Shown here piece after piece: positions 35,037-45,500 of a stretch of 64,000 nt of DNA (position 1 is its first letter; every line of letters begins with the position of its first letter). A program made the translations under genes and the position numbers. This DNA is from a virus (lineage: Duplodnaviria; Caudoviricetes). The DNA lies in IMG/VR virus record IMGVR_UViG_3300037249_000373, positions 2,876-66,875 of that record. One strand, written 5' to 3'. The notes under the pieces were generated by a model. That model made no database searches. It was not told where the DNA came from and was given only the letters and a program-made list of their open reading frames with translations.

Positions 35037-35497
35037 TCTGATGTCAGCGCATCAATCTGCGCATCGGTTGCATATTCTACGTCACCAGTGGTGATATTGA
35101 TTTCTTCGTTAGTTGCCTGGTTCGCAGTGAATATTCCAGCAGTGGTATCATTGACCTTAATTGTCAGAGTACCATCATTGACTGTAGGGATTGTTGGCTT
35201 ATTGCTCAAATCATTATATGATCCAGATGTTGCAACGGTAGATAAATCATTCACTAGTACAAACTCACTCGCATTATGGGTCAGGATGTCTCCTGTAGCA
35301 ACGCCATTAATTGCCAATGATTTGATATATGCATTGTTCCATTGTGCAGTAGAACTACCTAAATCAACAGTTCCATCTGTACTAGGAATTAAACTACCAC
35401 TAATCTCATTACTGCCAGCTAGCGGAATTTTAGTAATATCTCTAAAATTGTATGTATTCCCATCTTTAATAATTTTTGATGGATTGTATTCTGCCAT
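35021..35497 (-). CDS. short tail-fibre-like shaft module protein
   Basis: 'LIPSTDGTVDLGSSTAQWNNAY' and 'VATSGSYNDLSNKPTIPTVNDGTLTI', both shared with the adjacent fibre. Confidence 0.7.
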   Translation of the reverse strand: MAEYNPSKIIKDGNTYNFRDITKIPLAGSNEISGSLIPSTDGTVDLGSSTAQWNNAYIKSLAINGVATGDILTHNASEFVLVNDLSTVATSGSYNDLSNKPTIPTVNDGTLTIKVNDTTAGIFTANQATNEEINITTGDVEYATDAQIDALTSEWSLS

Positions 35498-35508
35498 ATT
35501 AAACCTCT

Positions 35509-36006
35509 TTAACTAACGATTACTGAATCATTTTGTTGGTCATAAGTCCACACATCTGAACCACCTCTAACTAGGATGGCATTTGAATCACTATCATAAT
35601 CCCATCGTTCTTGAAGGTCTGTTATTTCTGAAGCACTATGTGTATGACCAACATTTGATTTACCTAATAATAGTGTATCAGTTTCAGCTTTGGTATAGTA
35701 ATTAGATAAGTCTATTTGAGCTTGTCCTGCAACAGGTTGTTTCCAACCATAAGTAGGTGGAGTAGTTGTATCATCCACAATTTCCCAAATATAGCCATTT
35801 AACTTAGTAGGGTCATTGGAGCTAGGTACTAAATACATAATACCCTCTTGTTGTCCGGTCTGTGGCAAGGCAGATACTACAGTGAAAACATCTTGCTTGT
35901 ATTGAGCAAATGCAGTCTGAATAAGGGTATTGATCTGTATTGTAGTTAAACAATAGGTGTCTCTGAAGTATTTTAAACCAGCACCATCAACGTATTTAGT
36001 TGTCAT
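35509..36006 (-). CDS. virion appendage/decoration-type hypothetical protein
   Basis: 'VVSALPQTGQQEGIMYLVP' and 'IDLSNYYTKAETDTLL...GHTHSASEITDL' are typical fibre-associated motifs. Confidence 0.65.
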   Translation of the reverse strand: MTTKYVDGAGLKYFRDTYCLTTIQINTLIQTAFAQYKQDVFTVVSALPQTGQQEGIMYLVPSSNDPTKLNGYIWEIVDDTTTPPTYGWKQPVAGQAQIDLSNYYTKAETDTLLLGKSNVGHTHSASEITDLQERWDYDSDSNAILVRGGSDVWTYDQQNDSVIVS

Positions 36007-36017
36007 TTCCTAATATC

Positions 36018-36800
36018 CTATGAATTCATAAGTTGATCTATCTCAGCATTAGTTAATGGTCTACTATCTAGATTTCTACCTAATGTCTGAATAGTATCAG
36101 CTAAATCATTTACAGCCTTTGTAACTATTTTATTTTTTACCCAGTTATTACTAGAATTGTCAAGGGCATTATCACCATCGGGTACACCCTCTAAATCAGA
36201 ATAAGAACCAGTAAAACCAACAGAACTAATAGCAGTTTTAAGAGGGTATTTAGTTAATTCTGTTGCTATAGCTCTGTTTTCTACTAGGTTAGTTGAATTA
36301 GCATTAACTTCAGAATCTACTATAATATCTGGTATTTCAGGTTTATCAGTTAAACTATTATAACTAATAGACCTACTGGATACTTCATCTAAAGCTACAG
36401 ATAAATCACTAATAGCAGTCTGATAGTTATTCCATTTATCTTTATCCCCTTGAGTTACATGTACTACAGTATCCTGTATATGATTATTTAGGTTAGTAAT
36501 AATAGACTGTAACTGATTAGATACACTTGTTAAATCTACACCTGTATTATTTAGAGCAGTTTTTATTAACTCTATCTGGTTTATGGCTTCTATTTGTTCT
36601 TGGCTTAAGTGTATCTCATCGTTGTCTATATGATTAACCAAATCAATAATATCTCTGAATATCTTGATACTCTGTATCTTGGAGGATATATCAGTTAACA
36701 GTTCAAGATTATCAGCTACATATTCTACTATGTCATATGCACTGTTTAATTCTCTGTTAACTAATGCTCCTTTACCTAACGTATTAACTCTTATAGCCAT
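36018..36800 (-). CDS. tail fibre/appendage protein, N4-like adaptor N-terminus
   Basis: 'VNRELNSAYDIVEYVADNL'; coiled coil; 'HIQDTVVHVTQGDKDKWN'; 'GFTGSYSDL'. Confidence 0.7.
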   Translation of the reverse strand: MAIRVNTLGKGALVNRELNSAYDIVEYVADNLELLTDISSKIQSIKIFRDIIDLVNHIDNDEIHLSQEQIEAINQIELIKTALNNTGVDLTSVSNQLQSIITNLNNHIQDTVVHVTQGDKDKWNNYQTAISDLSVALDEVSSRSISYNSLTDKPEIPDIIVDSEVNANSTNLVENRAIATELTKYPLKTAISSVGFTGSYSDLEGVPDGDNALDNSSNNWVKNKIVTKAVNDLADTIQTLGRNLDSRPLTNAEIDQLMNS

Positions 36801-36855
36801 TCTAATCTCCTATGTAATTAGCACTCTGCTTTAAAAGTCATAATATAAATATTCA

Positions 36856-37431
36856 TTAAACCACCTCTGCTACCGATAAGTTAGGTAATAATCTAGTAAA
36901 TGTTCTATTCTCTTTTGCTTTAGCAGAACCAGAAAAAGAATTAGATATATTTTCTTTAATAAAGTAATTAAAATTGCTACCAGATAAAGAGTCAGACTGA
37001 TAACTAGTTATATTACCATTACGAGGCACATAAATAGTTATACCTGTATTCCCTAAAGCATTAGCACTTATAGGTAAATAACCTATATAAGTATCATCAG
37101 CTAGTTCTTTGAATACAGTGCCTCTAACACAAATATAATCTTCTTTATACTGAATTTTACTAAAGAAAGATATTGGATCAAATGTATCTAAATCATAACC
37201 AAAGCCTTCTATACAGCTTTTTGTAAAAGCAATTCTTATGCAATTAGTTACTTCAAATTCCTCTGTATCATGTGTACTGCTTTCATCATCATCTGGCAAT
37301 CTAAGATGTTCCATAATAGTTTCATACATCTGTACAAATTCAGGGTAATGATCTTGTACAAACTGAATCCTATCATAAGCTGTAGGACCATGATGAGGAA
37401 AAGGTTTAGATGGTAAATGTATTGGATTCAT
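36856..37431 (-). CDS. structural/tail hypothetical protein
   Basis: GGAG RBS; 'TAYDRIQFVQDH' resembles the neighbours' N-termini. Confidence 0.6.
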   Translation of the reverse strand: MNPIHLPSKPFPHHGPTAYDRIQFVQDHYPEFVQMYETIMEHLRLPDDDESSTHDTEEFEVTNCIRIAFTKSCIEGFGYDLDTFDPISFFSKIQYKEDYICVRGTVFKELADDTYIGYLPISANALGNTGITIYVPRNGNITSYQSDSLSGSNFNYFIKENISNSFSGSAKAKENRTFTRLLPNLSVAEVV

Positions 37432-37440
37432 TTTATTCTC

Positions 37441-38355
37441 CTATAACCAATCTGCTACATATATGTGTGACTCACCACCAGAAACATGAACGCTAAATGT
37501 TTGACCAGGATTAACAATAACAAATAACTGTCTAGGAGCCCACCAATCATGGCTACTAGGTGATTCACCTGCTACATCCTTACCGTCTATAAAAATAACA
37601 CCATTATGCTCATAAGGAACGTATACTGATACACAACCGCCATTTGCAAGAGAACCGCTATAAGTACCACCACCTGACCATACTCTTCTCCATGAACTTA
37701 ATCTAGGTCTAGCACTTGTTACCCTAGTATTAATAGTATTTACTAACTCTGTTTTAAGGGCATTAAGTCTGCTATCAATAAAAGAATAAACACCACCTGA
37801 TGTAATACCATGTATAGAGTTTTGTGTAGGAGTACCATCAAAATCCCATCCTATTTTACTTAATACAGCAATAATTCTATTTAAATCAGCTCCTAAAGCC
37901 TCAAGAGCTACATCAATAGCTTGATTTATCTCAGCAGTAATAACTGGTTCTAACTCAGTTCTTAACTGATTTACAGAATCTATAACCTTCTTAACTGTAG
38001 CTATCTGAGTATCAGGACCATTATCATAAGGATGGTTAACAAAGCTAGTTGGTATACCTTCATCACTAACCCTAAAACCAAGATAATTAGAACCTAACTT
38101 AAGTCTAATACCTAAATCCTCAGCAAGAGTTCTATAGCATTCAATAGCACCTAATAAATTTTTAGTAGCATCTCTAAATTCTACAGAATCTACTGTACCA
38201 GTAGTAGATTCGCTAGGAATGGAATTTTTACTAATAAGAGAATTAGTAATAGTTAATTTATTTTCTATTTCTTGTGGTTCAAGGAATGTATTAGCTTTAT
38301 CTTTCCTTGCACATAGCTTCATTAGGTTAGTTACCCATGTTTTTAGTTGTATCAT
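37441..38355 (-). CDS. tail fibre-like protein
   Basis: AAGGAG RBS; 'PTQNSIHGITSGGVYSFI' shaft motif; C-terminal beta tip. Confidence 0.65.
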   Translation of the reverse strand: MIQLKTWVTNLMKLCARKDKANTFLEPQEIENKLTITNSLISKNSIPSESTTGTVDSVEFRDATKNLLGAIECYRTLAEDLGIRLKLGSNYLGFRVSDEGIPTSFVNHPYDNGPDTQIATVKKVIDSVNQLRTELEPVITAEINQAIDVALEALGADLNRIIAVLSKIGWDFDGTPTQNSIHGITSGGVYSFIDSRLNALKTELVNTINTRVTSARPRLSSWRRVWSGGGTYSGSLANGGCVSVYVPYEHNGVIFIDGKDVAGESPSSHDWWAPRQLFVIVNPGQTFSVHVSGGESHIYVADWL

Positions 38356-38364
38356 ATACTCTCC

Positions 38365-39555
38365 TTACAGTACTCTCATAAAAATACCAGCAGTTAATTT
38401 ATATGTAGGGGTACTATTACCATCACCTACAGTACTTGTTTCAAATGAAGGAGATACAATGCATTTATACCTTGTTGTAGTAGGCATATTATTTACATTC
38501 CATGTATCATTCCATGCAGGAATCCAACCAGTATTATTAATACTTCCATCATCATTTTCAGCAAACACAGTACCAGTAGCATCTACTGATTGAGTACTAG
38601 TATTAAATTCTGTACCTGTTTCTACAGACTCTATCAGGTCTGAACCAGTAAGTATCTTACCTACAGGTACAGTAACATGTTGGCCTACACCATTAGCATC
38701 AGTAGGGTGAGTACTATCTATAAAACATGATACGAGTGTACCTATACTTCCATTAACTTGAGCAGTACCAGCTAAACTAGATAAATCTAATTCAGTACCA
38801 GTACCACTAGATGGAGTAATAACTATTTTATTTGTACCTGGATCAAATGAAAAAGTATATGTAGTATCAGTATTAGGTGGTACTTGTCCAAGTAAATCTT
38901 GCACAAAATCATAGATACCATTAGAGGTAACAAGAGCATTAGAGTCATCTACAGGATAGTTAATAATACCTATTCTTAGATAATTCTTAATAGGATTAAT
39001 AACATTCTCTAAGGCAACTAATCTATTTAATAAGTCTTCCATGGCTTGAGCACTATTAGTAATGTCACTGGATAGTGTAGCCAGAATAGTATGAAGATAA
39101 TCTACTCTTACAGCAGATTCATTTACTGTACCATCTGTAGGAGGTACTTCAAACCTTGCTGTATTATTGCATGTATTAAGAATAAGCTTTAATTGAGAAG
39201 TAACAGTATCTTCTGTTTCTACATCTTTTCTTGATACCTTAAATAATAAACAAGGTTCACAATCAGCATTATATTCAGCACCTATAAAACCAAAATCTTC
39301 ATTATGATCTTCCTGGTTAAAGAACTTAATTGCTTCAAGTCTAATATGCTCTAAGAAAGTCTTCTGACTCTCTACGGTTTCATCTGTATGCTTAGTTACA
39401 TACTCAGCTAATAAATTCTTAAAATACTGTTTTAGTTGAAACATAAAATCATAGAGTTCTTCTAAAGCTTCTATATTTTCACTAATAACAGCTAATTTGT
39501 CATAAGCATTATTTGCTTCACGTTGAGCTAAATCGCTTGTGCTAGGTATTCTCAT
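38365..39555 (-). CDS. tail fibre-like protein, N4-like adaptor N-terminus
   Basis: 'QREANNAYDKLAVISENI'; 'PVDDSNALVTSNGIYDFV'. Confidence 0.7.
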   Translation of the reverse strand: MRIPSTSDLAQREANNAYDKLAVISENIEALEELYDFMFQLKQYFKNLLAEYVTKHTDETVESQKTFLEHIRLEAIKFFNQEDHNEDFGFIGAEYNADCEPCLLFKVSRKDVETEDTVTSQLKLILNTCNNTARFEVPPTDGTVNESAVRVDYLHTILATLSSDITNSAQAMEDLLNRLVALENVINPIKNYLRIGIINYPVDDSNALVTSNGIYDFVQDLLGQVPPNTDTTYTFSFDPGTNKIVITPSSGTGTELDLSSLAGTAQVNGSIGTLVSCFIDSTHPTDANGVGQHVTVPVGKILTGSDLIESVETGTEFNTSTQSVDATGTVFAENDDGSINNTGWIPAWNDTWNVNNMPTTTRYKCIVSPSFETSTVGDGNSTPTYKLTAGIFMRVL

Positions 39556-40235
39556 TATACATATCCTCTTAAACCTGGTTTAATATTAGAAGAACTAACA
39601 TTATTACCAAGTATATTACTTACTAGAGTATCATTACATATTTGGTTATATCTTTCCTGATAGGCATTGCTTAATTGTATATTCTCTACGCCACCTATAG
39701 CTTGCATAAACTTAAAGCCAACATAAGTAGTAAGAGCTTCAAGTAAACATTCAGGAAGATATACATCCTGTTCTAAATCAATTTTATCAGGGTCTATATA
39801 CTTTGGCTTAGTCCTATAAATAACAAAGGTAGTTTCATGCTCATCGGCATTAGGTATTTGAATAGTATCAAAACCAGTAATGAAATAAGACATAGGATGC
39901 TGGTCATCGTTTAGTGGTATAGGATGACCATGCTCATCATATAAACCAAGAATAAAAAGTACATCATCAGTGAATACATCATCAGGTGTATCTAGAATAT
40001 ATTTATGCCTCTGGAGGCTACGCCTGTTAGTACGAGCATATTCACTAGATAGTTTATATAAGCTTATTTGTGGATATTGCTGTATAGCAATCTGTTTCTC
40101 TGATATAGGGAATCGTTCATACAGATTTGTTAAACCAAGATTAATAAATGTTACTATCTGGCTAAGTTTTTCTTCTGTATATACATTAGCTAATTCCCCA
40201 TATTTAAGAGTATCTATGATTTGTTTTAACTGCAT
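39555..40235 (-). CDS. head-tail adaptor (N4 gp67-like)
   Basis: 'LKYGELAN', 'INLGLTNLYERF', 'LPECLLEALTTYVG'; synteny with terminase. Confidence 0.75.
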   Translation of the reverse strand: MQLKQIIDTLKYGELANVYTEEKLSQIVTFINLGLTNLYERFPISEKQIAIQQYPQISLYKLSSEYARTNRRSLQRHKYILDTPDDVFTDDVLFILGLYDEHGHPIPLNDDQHPMSYFITGFDTIQIPNADEHETTFVIYRTKPKYIDPDKIDLEQDVYLPECLLEALTTYVGFKFMQAIGGVENIQLSNAYQERYNQICNDTLVSNILGNNVSSSNIKPGLRGYV

Positions 40236-40242
40236 ATATACC

Positions 40243-41835
40243 TCATACTATGTAAGAACTTATGTCCGAGTCTACAGTATCATCTTCCATATAGAATCTT
40301 AAACTGTATACATTATCTGGACTCCTTGTAGGTTTAATATCTACATTTGGTTTCCAGAGGCTCATACTACTTAACATAGATACAGTATCTATACAGTCAT
40401 CGTGCTTACTCTTAAAACCTGATGGAGAACTTAATAACAATTCTTCCATAAATTCAACCATTCTAGGATCATTTTCTAATTCTTTAGGGAAGTAGAATTT
40501 ATGTAATTTAAACCAAGGTAATACAGATTGAAATCTTACCATTTTATTAGTATTAGGTCTTATACCAAACTTAGTACTTCCTGGTTCTTTAGCAAAGTTA
40601 ATATAGTTATTACGCCTCATACATTCTTTTTGGATTATGTCTATAAATCCACTTTGCTGACCAGTAATTTCTATACCTACTTGTACTGGTTTATATACTG
40701 AATTGAAGTTAAACAAATCTTCTATTGTTTTATCTATGGTTTGTCTTTTAACTGTACCGTCTACCCAATAGAAATCACTATTATTAGAATAAGCCCATAC
40801 AGATATAACAGAATAGTCTGCTGATTGCTTGTCACTTACAGCAAAGTCAGTAGTAATATAAAAGTTAAAAGATGATTTACGTTCTAATAGGTCAGATAAA
40901 CAATACCATTGTATCTCTGATTTAGTAATAAGTCTGTCTTCATCACTCATAATACGTAACATTAATTCCTGATTAAATGCTTGTACTGTACCTGTAGCAA
41001 CTGCTGTATCATACTGTTCTTTAACAAATTCATAAGAGAATCTGTCTTCCCATGCACCTCTAAATTCTTCTTTAGAGCAAGGAAACTTCTCACATACAGG
41101 GAATACATTAACATTGAATGCACCGGATTCTACAGCTTTGTACAAAGGATCTTTCTTATTAAATGGAGTACCAGACCATATAATCTTTCTACGTTTAGGA
41201 TGTAATGCATGTAATACTGCTTTATATACAGTATTCTCTATATCCTGAATAACTGTAGGAGATGTAGCATCTTTATCGGATAACAAGTCATCAAGTATGG
41301 CTATTTGAGGTCTACTGTTTTGTTTCTTGGTTCCACGAATACCTGTACCAGCACCATAACCATTAACTGCTAATGTATGACCTTTCTTATTAGTAAATAC
41401 CCAATAGGATTCAGTTATCTTATACTCTGTTAAGTATTCTTGTAAAAATGAGGAATTCTTTATTCTGGTTTCAAGGTTGTCTCTCATAGACTTAACACCA
41501 TTCTCTATAGAGTCTGTTACATAGAGCATATAATTAACATCACCAAAACCAGGTAATTCACCATACACTGCTATATACAGCATAAAGTATTCACCGAATA
41601 CTGTTGTCTTAGCCATACCACGAGCACATAGATTAATGGTATTACCTTTACGTGTAAGAGTATCTAGCATCTTTAAATGAATAATAGGAGATTTATTCTC
41701 CTCACCTCTATTATCATTTACCAGTTTAATAAAATTAATAAAATCCAAAGCAAATTCAGTAGGTATATAACTGGGATCATATGCATAGGATACTTCATTA
41801 AGATAATCATCTACTTCTTTCTTATCTTTATTCAT
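40243..41835 (-). CDS. terL: terminase large subunit (N4 gp68-like)
   Basis: 'ARGMAKTT', 'RPQIAILDDL', 'GTP', nuclease 'TDFAVS...ADYS' and 'HDDCID'. Confidence 0.93.
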   Translation of the reverse strand: MNKDKKEVDDYLNEVSYAYDPSYIPTEFALDFINFIKLVNDNRGEENKSPIIHLKMLDTLTRKGNTINLCARGMAKTTVFGEYFMLYIAVYGELPGFGDVNYMLYVTDSIENGVKSMRDNLETRIKNSSFLQEYLTEYKITESYWVFTNKKGHTLAVNGYGAGTGIRGTKKQNSRPQIAILDDLLSDKDATSPTVIQDIENTVYKAVLHALHPKRRKIIWSGTPFNKKDPLYKAVESGAFNVNVFPVCEKFPCSKEEFRGAWEDRFSYEFVKEQYDTAVATGTVQAFNQELMLRIMSDEDRLITKSEIQWYCLSDLLERKSSFNFYITTDFAVSDKQSADYSVISVWAYSNNSDFYWVDGTVKRQTIDKTIEDLFNFNSVYKPVQVGIEITGQQSGFIDIIQKECMRRNNYINFAKEPGSTKFGIRPNTNKMVRFQSVLPWFKLHKFYFPKELENDPRMVEFMEELLLSSPSGFKSKHDDCIDTVSMLSSMSLWKPNVDIKPTRSPDNVYSLRFYMEDDTVDSDISSYIV

Positions 41836-42517
41836 CTTCCTTTACCTCTATAATATTAGCATTTATAAGAGATGATAAATCAGCACCATTCTGTAGTGCT
41901 TTTAATTGAGCTTTAGCAAGCTCATTAGTAGTGCGTCTTAATTCCTCTACAGTATCAGATTCTTTAACATTTACAGATAATTCCATCTGTTTTACTTCTT
42001 CTGGTTTTAGACAATCCATTAAAGCTTTAGCAGATTGACATCTAACCATAGGACTTACTTTAGGATTAAGCATGAGCTCTCTTTGTACATTTATAGCTTC
42101 CTGGAAGACATCTGCATTAAGGATAGAGGTAGGTATAGCTAATGCTTGATATATCAGTGTAACAAGCTTAGAACGATTGTAAGCACTAATGTAAGCATTA
42201 CGCTCATTGATGGGTAGGTTGGCATTCTCCCATTCAGTGTACCTGGCTGGGAATGTTTTCTTATAAGCCAGGATATTGGTATCACCCATGGTTTTATAAG
42301 TACAGTATTGTATAGCACTCAAATAAGAGCTAAGTTTGAACTTACCTTGTTGTAATACAGAAGTGTAACCAAGGATATTCTGACTGAGAATATCCCTTGT
42401 ATTAGGATCAGATAAACATGCATTGAATTGTTGTCTGATAGAATCATCTACACTTCCTCTTAAAGAGGAAGGTAGACATCTTTTAAATTCTTGTTCATTT
42501 AACATAAGATTCTCCAT
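41828..42517 (-). CDS. N4 gp69-like protein (putative terminase small subunit)
   Basis: 'YLSAIQYCTYK', 'SAYNRSKLV', 'FQEAINVQRELM' and 'SAKALMDCLK'; immediately upstream of terL. Confidence 0.75.
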   Translation of the reverse strand: MENLMLNEQEFKRCLPSSLRGSVDDSIRQQFNACLSDPNTRDILSQNILGYTSVLQQGKFKLSSYLSAIQYCTYKTMGDTNILAYKKTFPARYTEWENANLPINERNAYISAYNRSKLVTLIYQALAIPTSILNADVFQEAINVQRELMLNPKVSPMVRCQSAKALMDCLKPEEVKQMELSVNVKESDTVEELRRTTNELAKAQLKALQNGADLSSLINANIIEVKEDE

Positions 42518-42562
42518 TGTTAGTATATAGTTTCTATATAGTAATTGGAGAACCTAAGTCAA

Positions 42563-45500
42563 TTATAGAGCTTCCCAGATAGTATTAGCTATCTTAACTG
42601 ATGTTAATCCATTTAAGCTATCTACAAATAACTCACCTGGGAAATTGAATTTATTAATCATTGTAGTTGTACCGAAGATACCTTCGTATATATTAGGTAA
42701 ACCAAAGATTAAATCATTCAATGCCATAAAGCTTACAGCTCTATCAGGGTTACCGAATATGCTATTTAACATAGCAGATTTAGAACCAAAAGCATACTTA
42801 GCAAAAGGATATACACCTATGCTGTCCAGATACTGAATACTCTTAGGTAATGGGTTAGAGTAATCAATAAAGGTTTGTAATGCTACTCTACTTGATTCTT
42901 CTTCAGAGAAACCAGTATTTCTCATGTGTTTATATAAAGCATACTTAGCTACAGTATCACCTGCATTAGCAAACATGAATAGAGCCTGATATAAATTACC
43001 TTTAGGAGACAGAGTAAATTCATGAGCTAAATCTCTTATCATTCCTTTAGGAGTAATATTATCAATCAAGTCCTTAAAGAACTTATCTGATTCAGCACTG
43101 TTCTCAGCCAAAGAATTAGATACAATACCTCTCTTATACAGTGGATACATAGGAGAATTCTCTATATTTTGTTTTAGAGCTCTTTCTTTAATAGCATCTG
43201 CATCAGTATAGGTATTATTAAATTGTTTAACCTTTAATGCTTTTAACTGCTTTTCCCATTCATTGATGGTACGCATAGCATTAAATGCTTCAGCCTGGTA
43301 TTGACCTATCTCTTTAAGAGACAATCCTTTAATGCCTAAAGTAACACAGTTAGATACAAGGTTATTCCATGAAGTGGTTAAACCCTTAATAACAATATTA
43401 TCTTTAGCTGTAGAGGCTAACCATTTAAAGAACTCTTCCATATTACCTGTTATACCATTGTGGAATACATACTTAACATAATTCATAAACTCAGTAGATA
43501 AGTCTGTCTTGAATTTATCCTGTTCTTCTATGGCTTTAACTGCTTCCTTGGTTGCATCTATATCATTAGCAGATAACTGTTTATAACCAAAAACAGTAGT
43601 AAGAGCTTTCTTCATAACAGGTATTCCATTATCACCATATTTTTCAGTAGCTATTGCTTTAGTATCATATGGTAATGAATTGTATAATTCTCTATATTCT
43701 TCATTCTCTGAGTTATCAGATAACCATACAAACTGATTTGAATTACCCTGTTTAGCAAAGTGTTCATAAATATTAATCATAGCTTCACCAGCTGTTCTAT
43801 TAAACTCACTGGATTGACTACGTTCAATACATGAACCATAAATATCACCTAATACAGATGTTATTTTTTGGTTTCTTCCAATTACTTCATCTGTAGTAAC
43901 AGGATTTAATTCAAAATTAGCACCTGTAAGTCTATCTATATAATTAAAGTTAAGTACCAGATTACCATGAGGAGCTTTCTGTAATAACTGAGGGTTAGGT
44001 TTATTAAGAGCATTAACTCTCTGGTTTACATATTTCTTTAATTCCTCATATTCTTTGGTTCTCTTCCAGTCTATTTCTTTATCTACTTTACCTTCACCAT
44101 TGTAAGATAAACCAGATTTAGCTCTGCCTTTAAACAAGTCAGTCATAAGAGTAACACCAGCTACATAAGGAGTAGGTGATTTCCATTTAGCTTTAACAAT
44201 TACATATTTTTCTTTAGCTATACGCTTATAGAATGGGTCTAATTCAGCATCAGATACTTTTTCATAGCCATTCCATTGATATGCTTTAAGTTCACTTTCA
44301 GGGATAATATCATATCTACCTGTAGTTTTACCTCCATGTAACTGTCCCTTTGGTATATGATTTTTCTGTTGGTTATTACCATATACCTCAGTATATTCAG
44401 CATCTTTAACACCGTTATGCACCTTAGATAAATTCTCTATTACCCGTTCATCCAACTTGTCATAAACTGGATTTTTAATGAGATCTAGAGCATATAGAGT
44501 AGTTAACTGATCTACAACATTAACTATATCTCCGTTAAACTTACCCTTAGTTTGATAGCTTGAACCAGAAAGATTAACTATCTCATAGGCATTTCTATAG
44601 GCTAAACCAGTAGGATTAAAACCAGTAACAAGATATTGAGCTAAACCTTTAGCCATATTCTTATATGCATTAGCATATGTTTGACCATTAAGCTTATTTT
44701 CTAATTTCTTTATTTCTTTGGTTCTAGCATCTTTATTGGTTAACAATTCCTTAACTTCTTTAGCTGATTTAGTACTGTTAAATAAACAGCTAATATCAGT
44801 TCTAATGAACTGTCTGGTTAACTCACGTTCTACCTCTTTAGGTACATCCTTAAGTATGTCTTTAACAGTATTATTAACAGCATCAGCACCTCTTTCACGA
44901 GACTGGTCTATTAACATCTTACCTTGGTTTCTTATCTGTAAGTATCTGTACATATCAGGTGAAGCACCCTCAATAGAACCAGCTAAATCATTTGCAAAGT
45001 TTTCAAGGTATTTAAACTTAGATGAGGTAAATTCTCTGATACCATCAGTAAGTACAGTGGCTATATCTTGAGTACCTTTTCTTTCATACTCATTAGCCAG
45101 TGTAACCAAAGATGATGAACTACCTATAATATCTTCTATTGGATTATGCAAATTACCTAATAATCTTTCATAAGGAGTTTCATTTGCACCTCTTGCATAG
45201 TCATACTCTTTAGGTACAGTACTGTCCTTACCTATAGAGGCTTCTTGCCAGAACTTGGCAGATGCTTTATAGGAAGATCTGAAGATACCATCTACAGCAC
45301 TAACCAAAGAAGTAAATTCTGCTTTGGATTTAGGTTGATATTCTCCTGATATGAAGGATGTTAACTTAGTAATAACAGCAATAAACAGATTTTTAATCTT
45401 TTCTATTAAACCCATTTTAGCTTTATGCTTACCTATTCTGTTTTCCATATTGCGTATAGCTTGTCTGAACTTAGGGCAAGATACTGCATAAGCACCGAAC

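Noticed and set aside
32694-39555. Diversity-generating retroelement or invertase shufflon acting on the fibres
   Set aside because: No reverse transcriptase, template-repeat/variable-repeat pair, or recombinase gene is visible in the window.
5575-41205. Other opposite-strand or nested ORFs (5575, 6788, 8879, 9359, 11410, 12230, 14187, 18090, 20586, 20888, 21694, 22029, 23779, 25501, 27632, 31956, 32526, 32690, 32850, 33277, 34822, 35088, 38219, 39970, 40981)
   Set aside because: They overlap better-supported genes and lack RBS or motifs. Only 11917 (Rz1, lipobox) was retained as a real nested gene.
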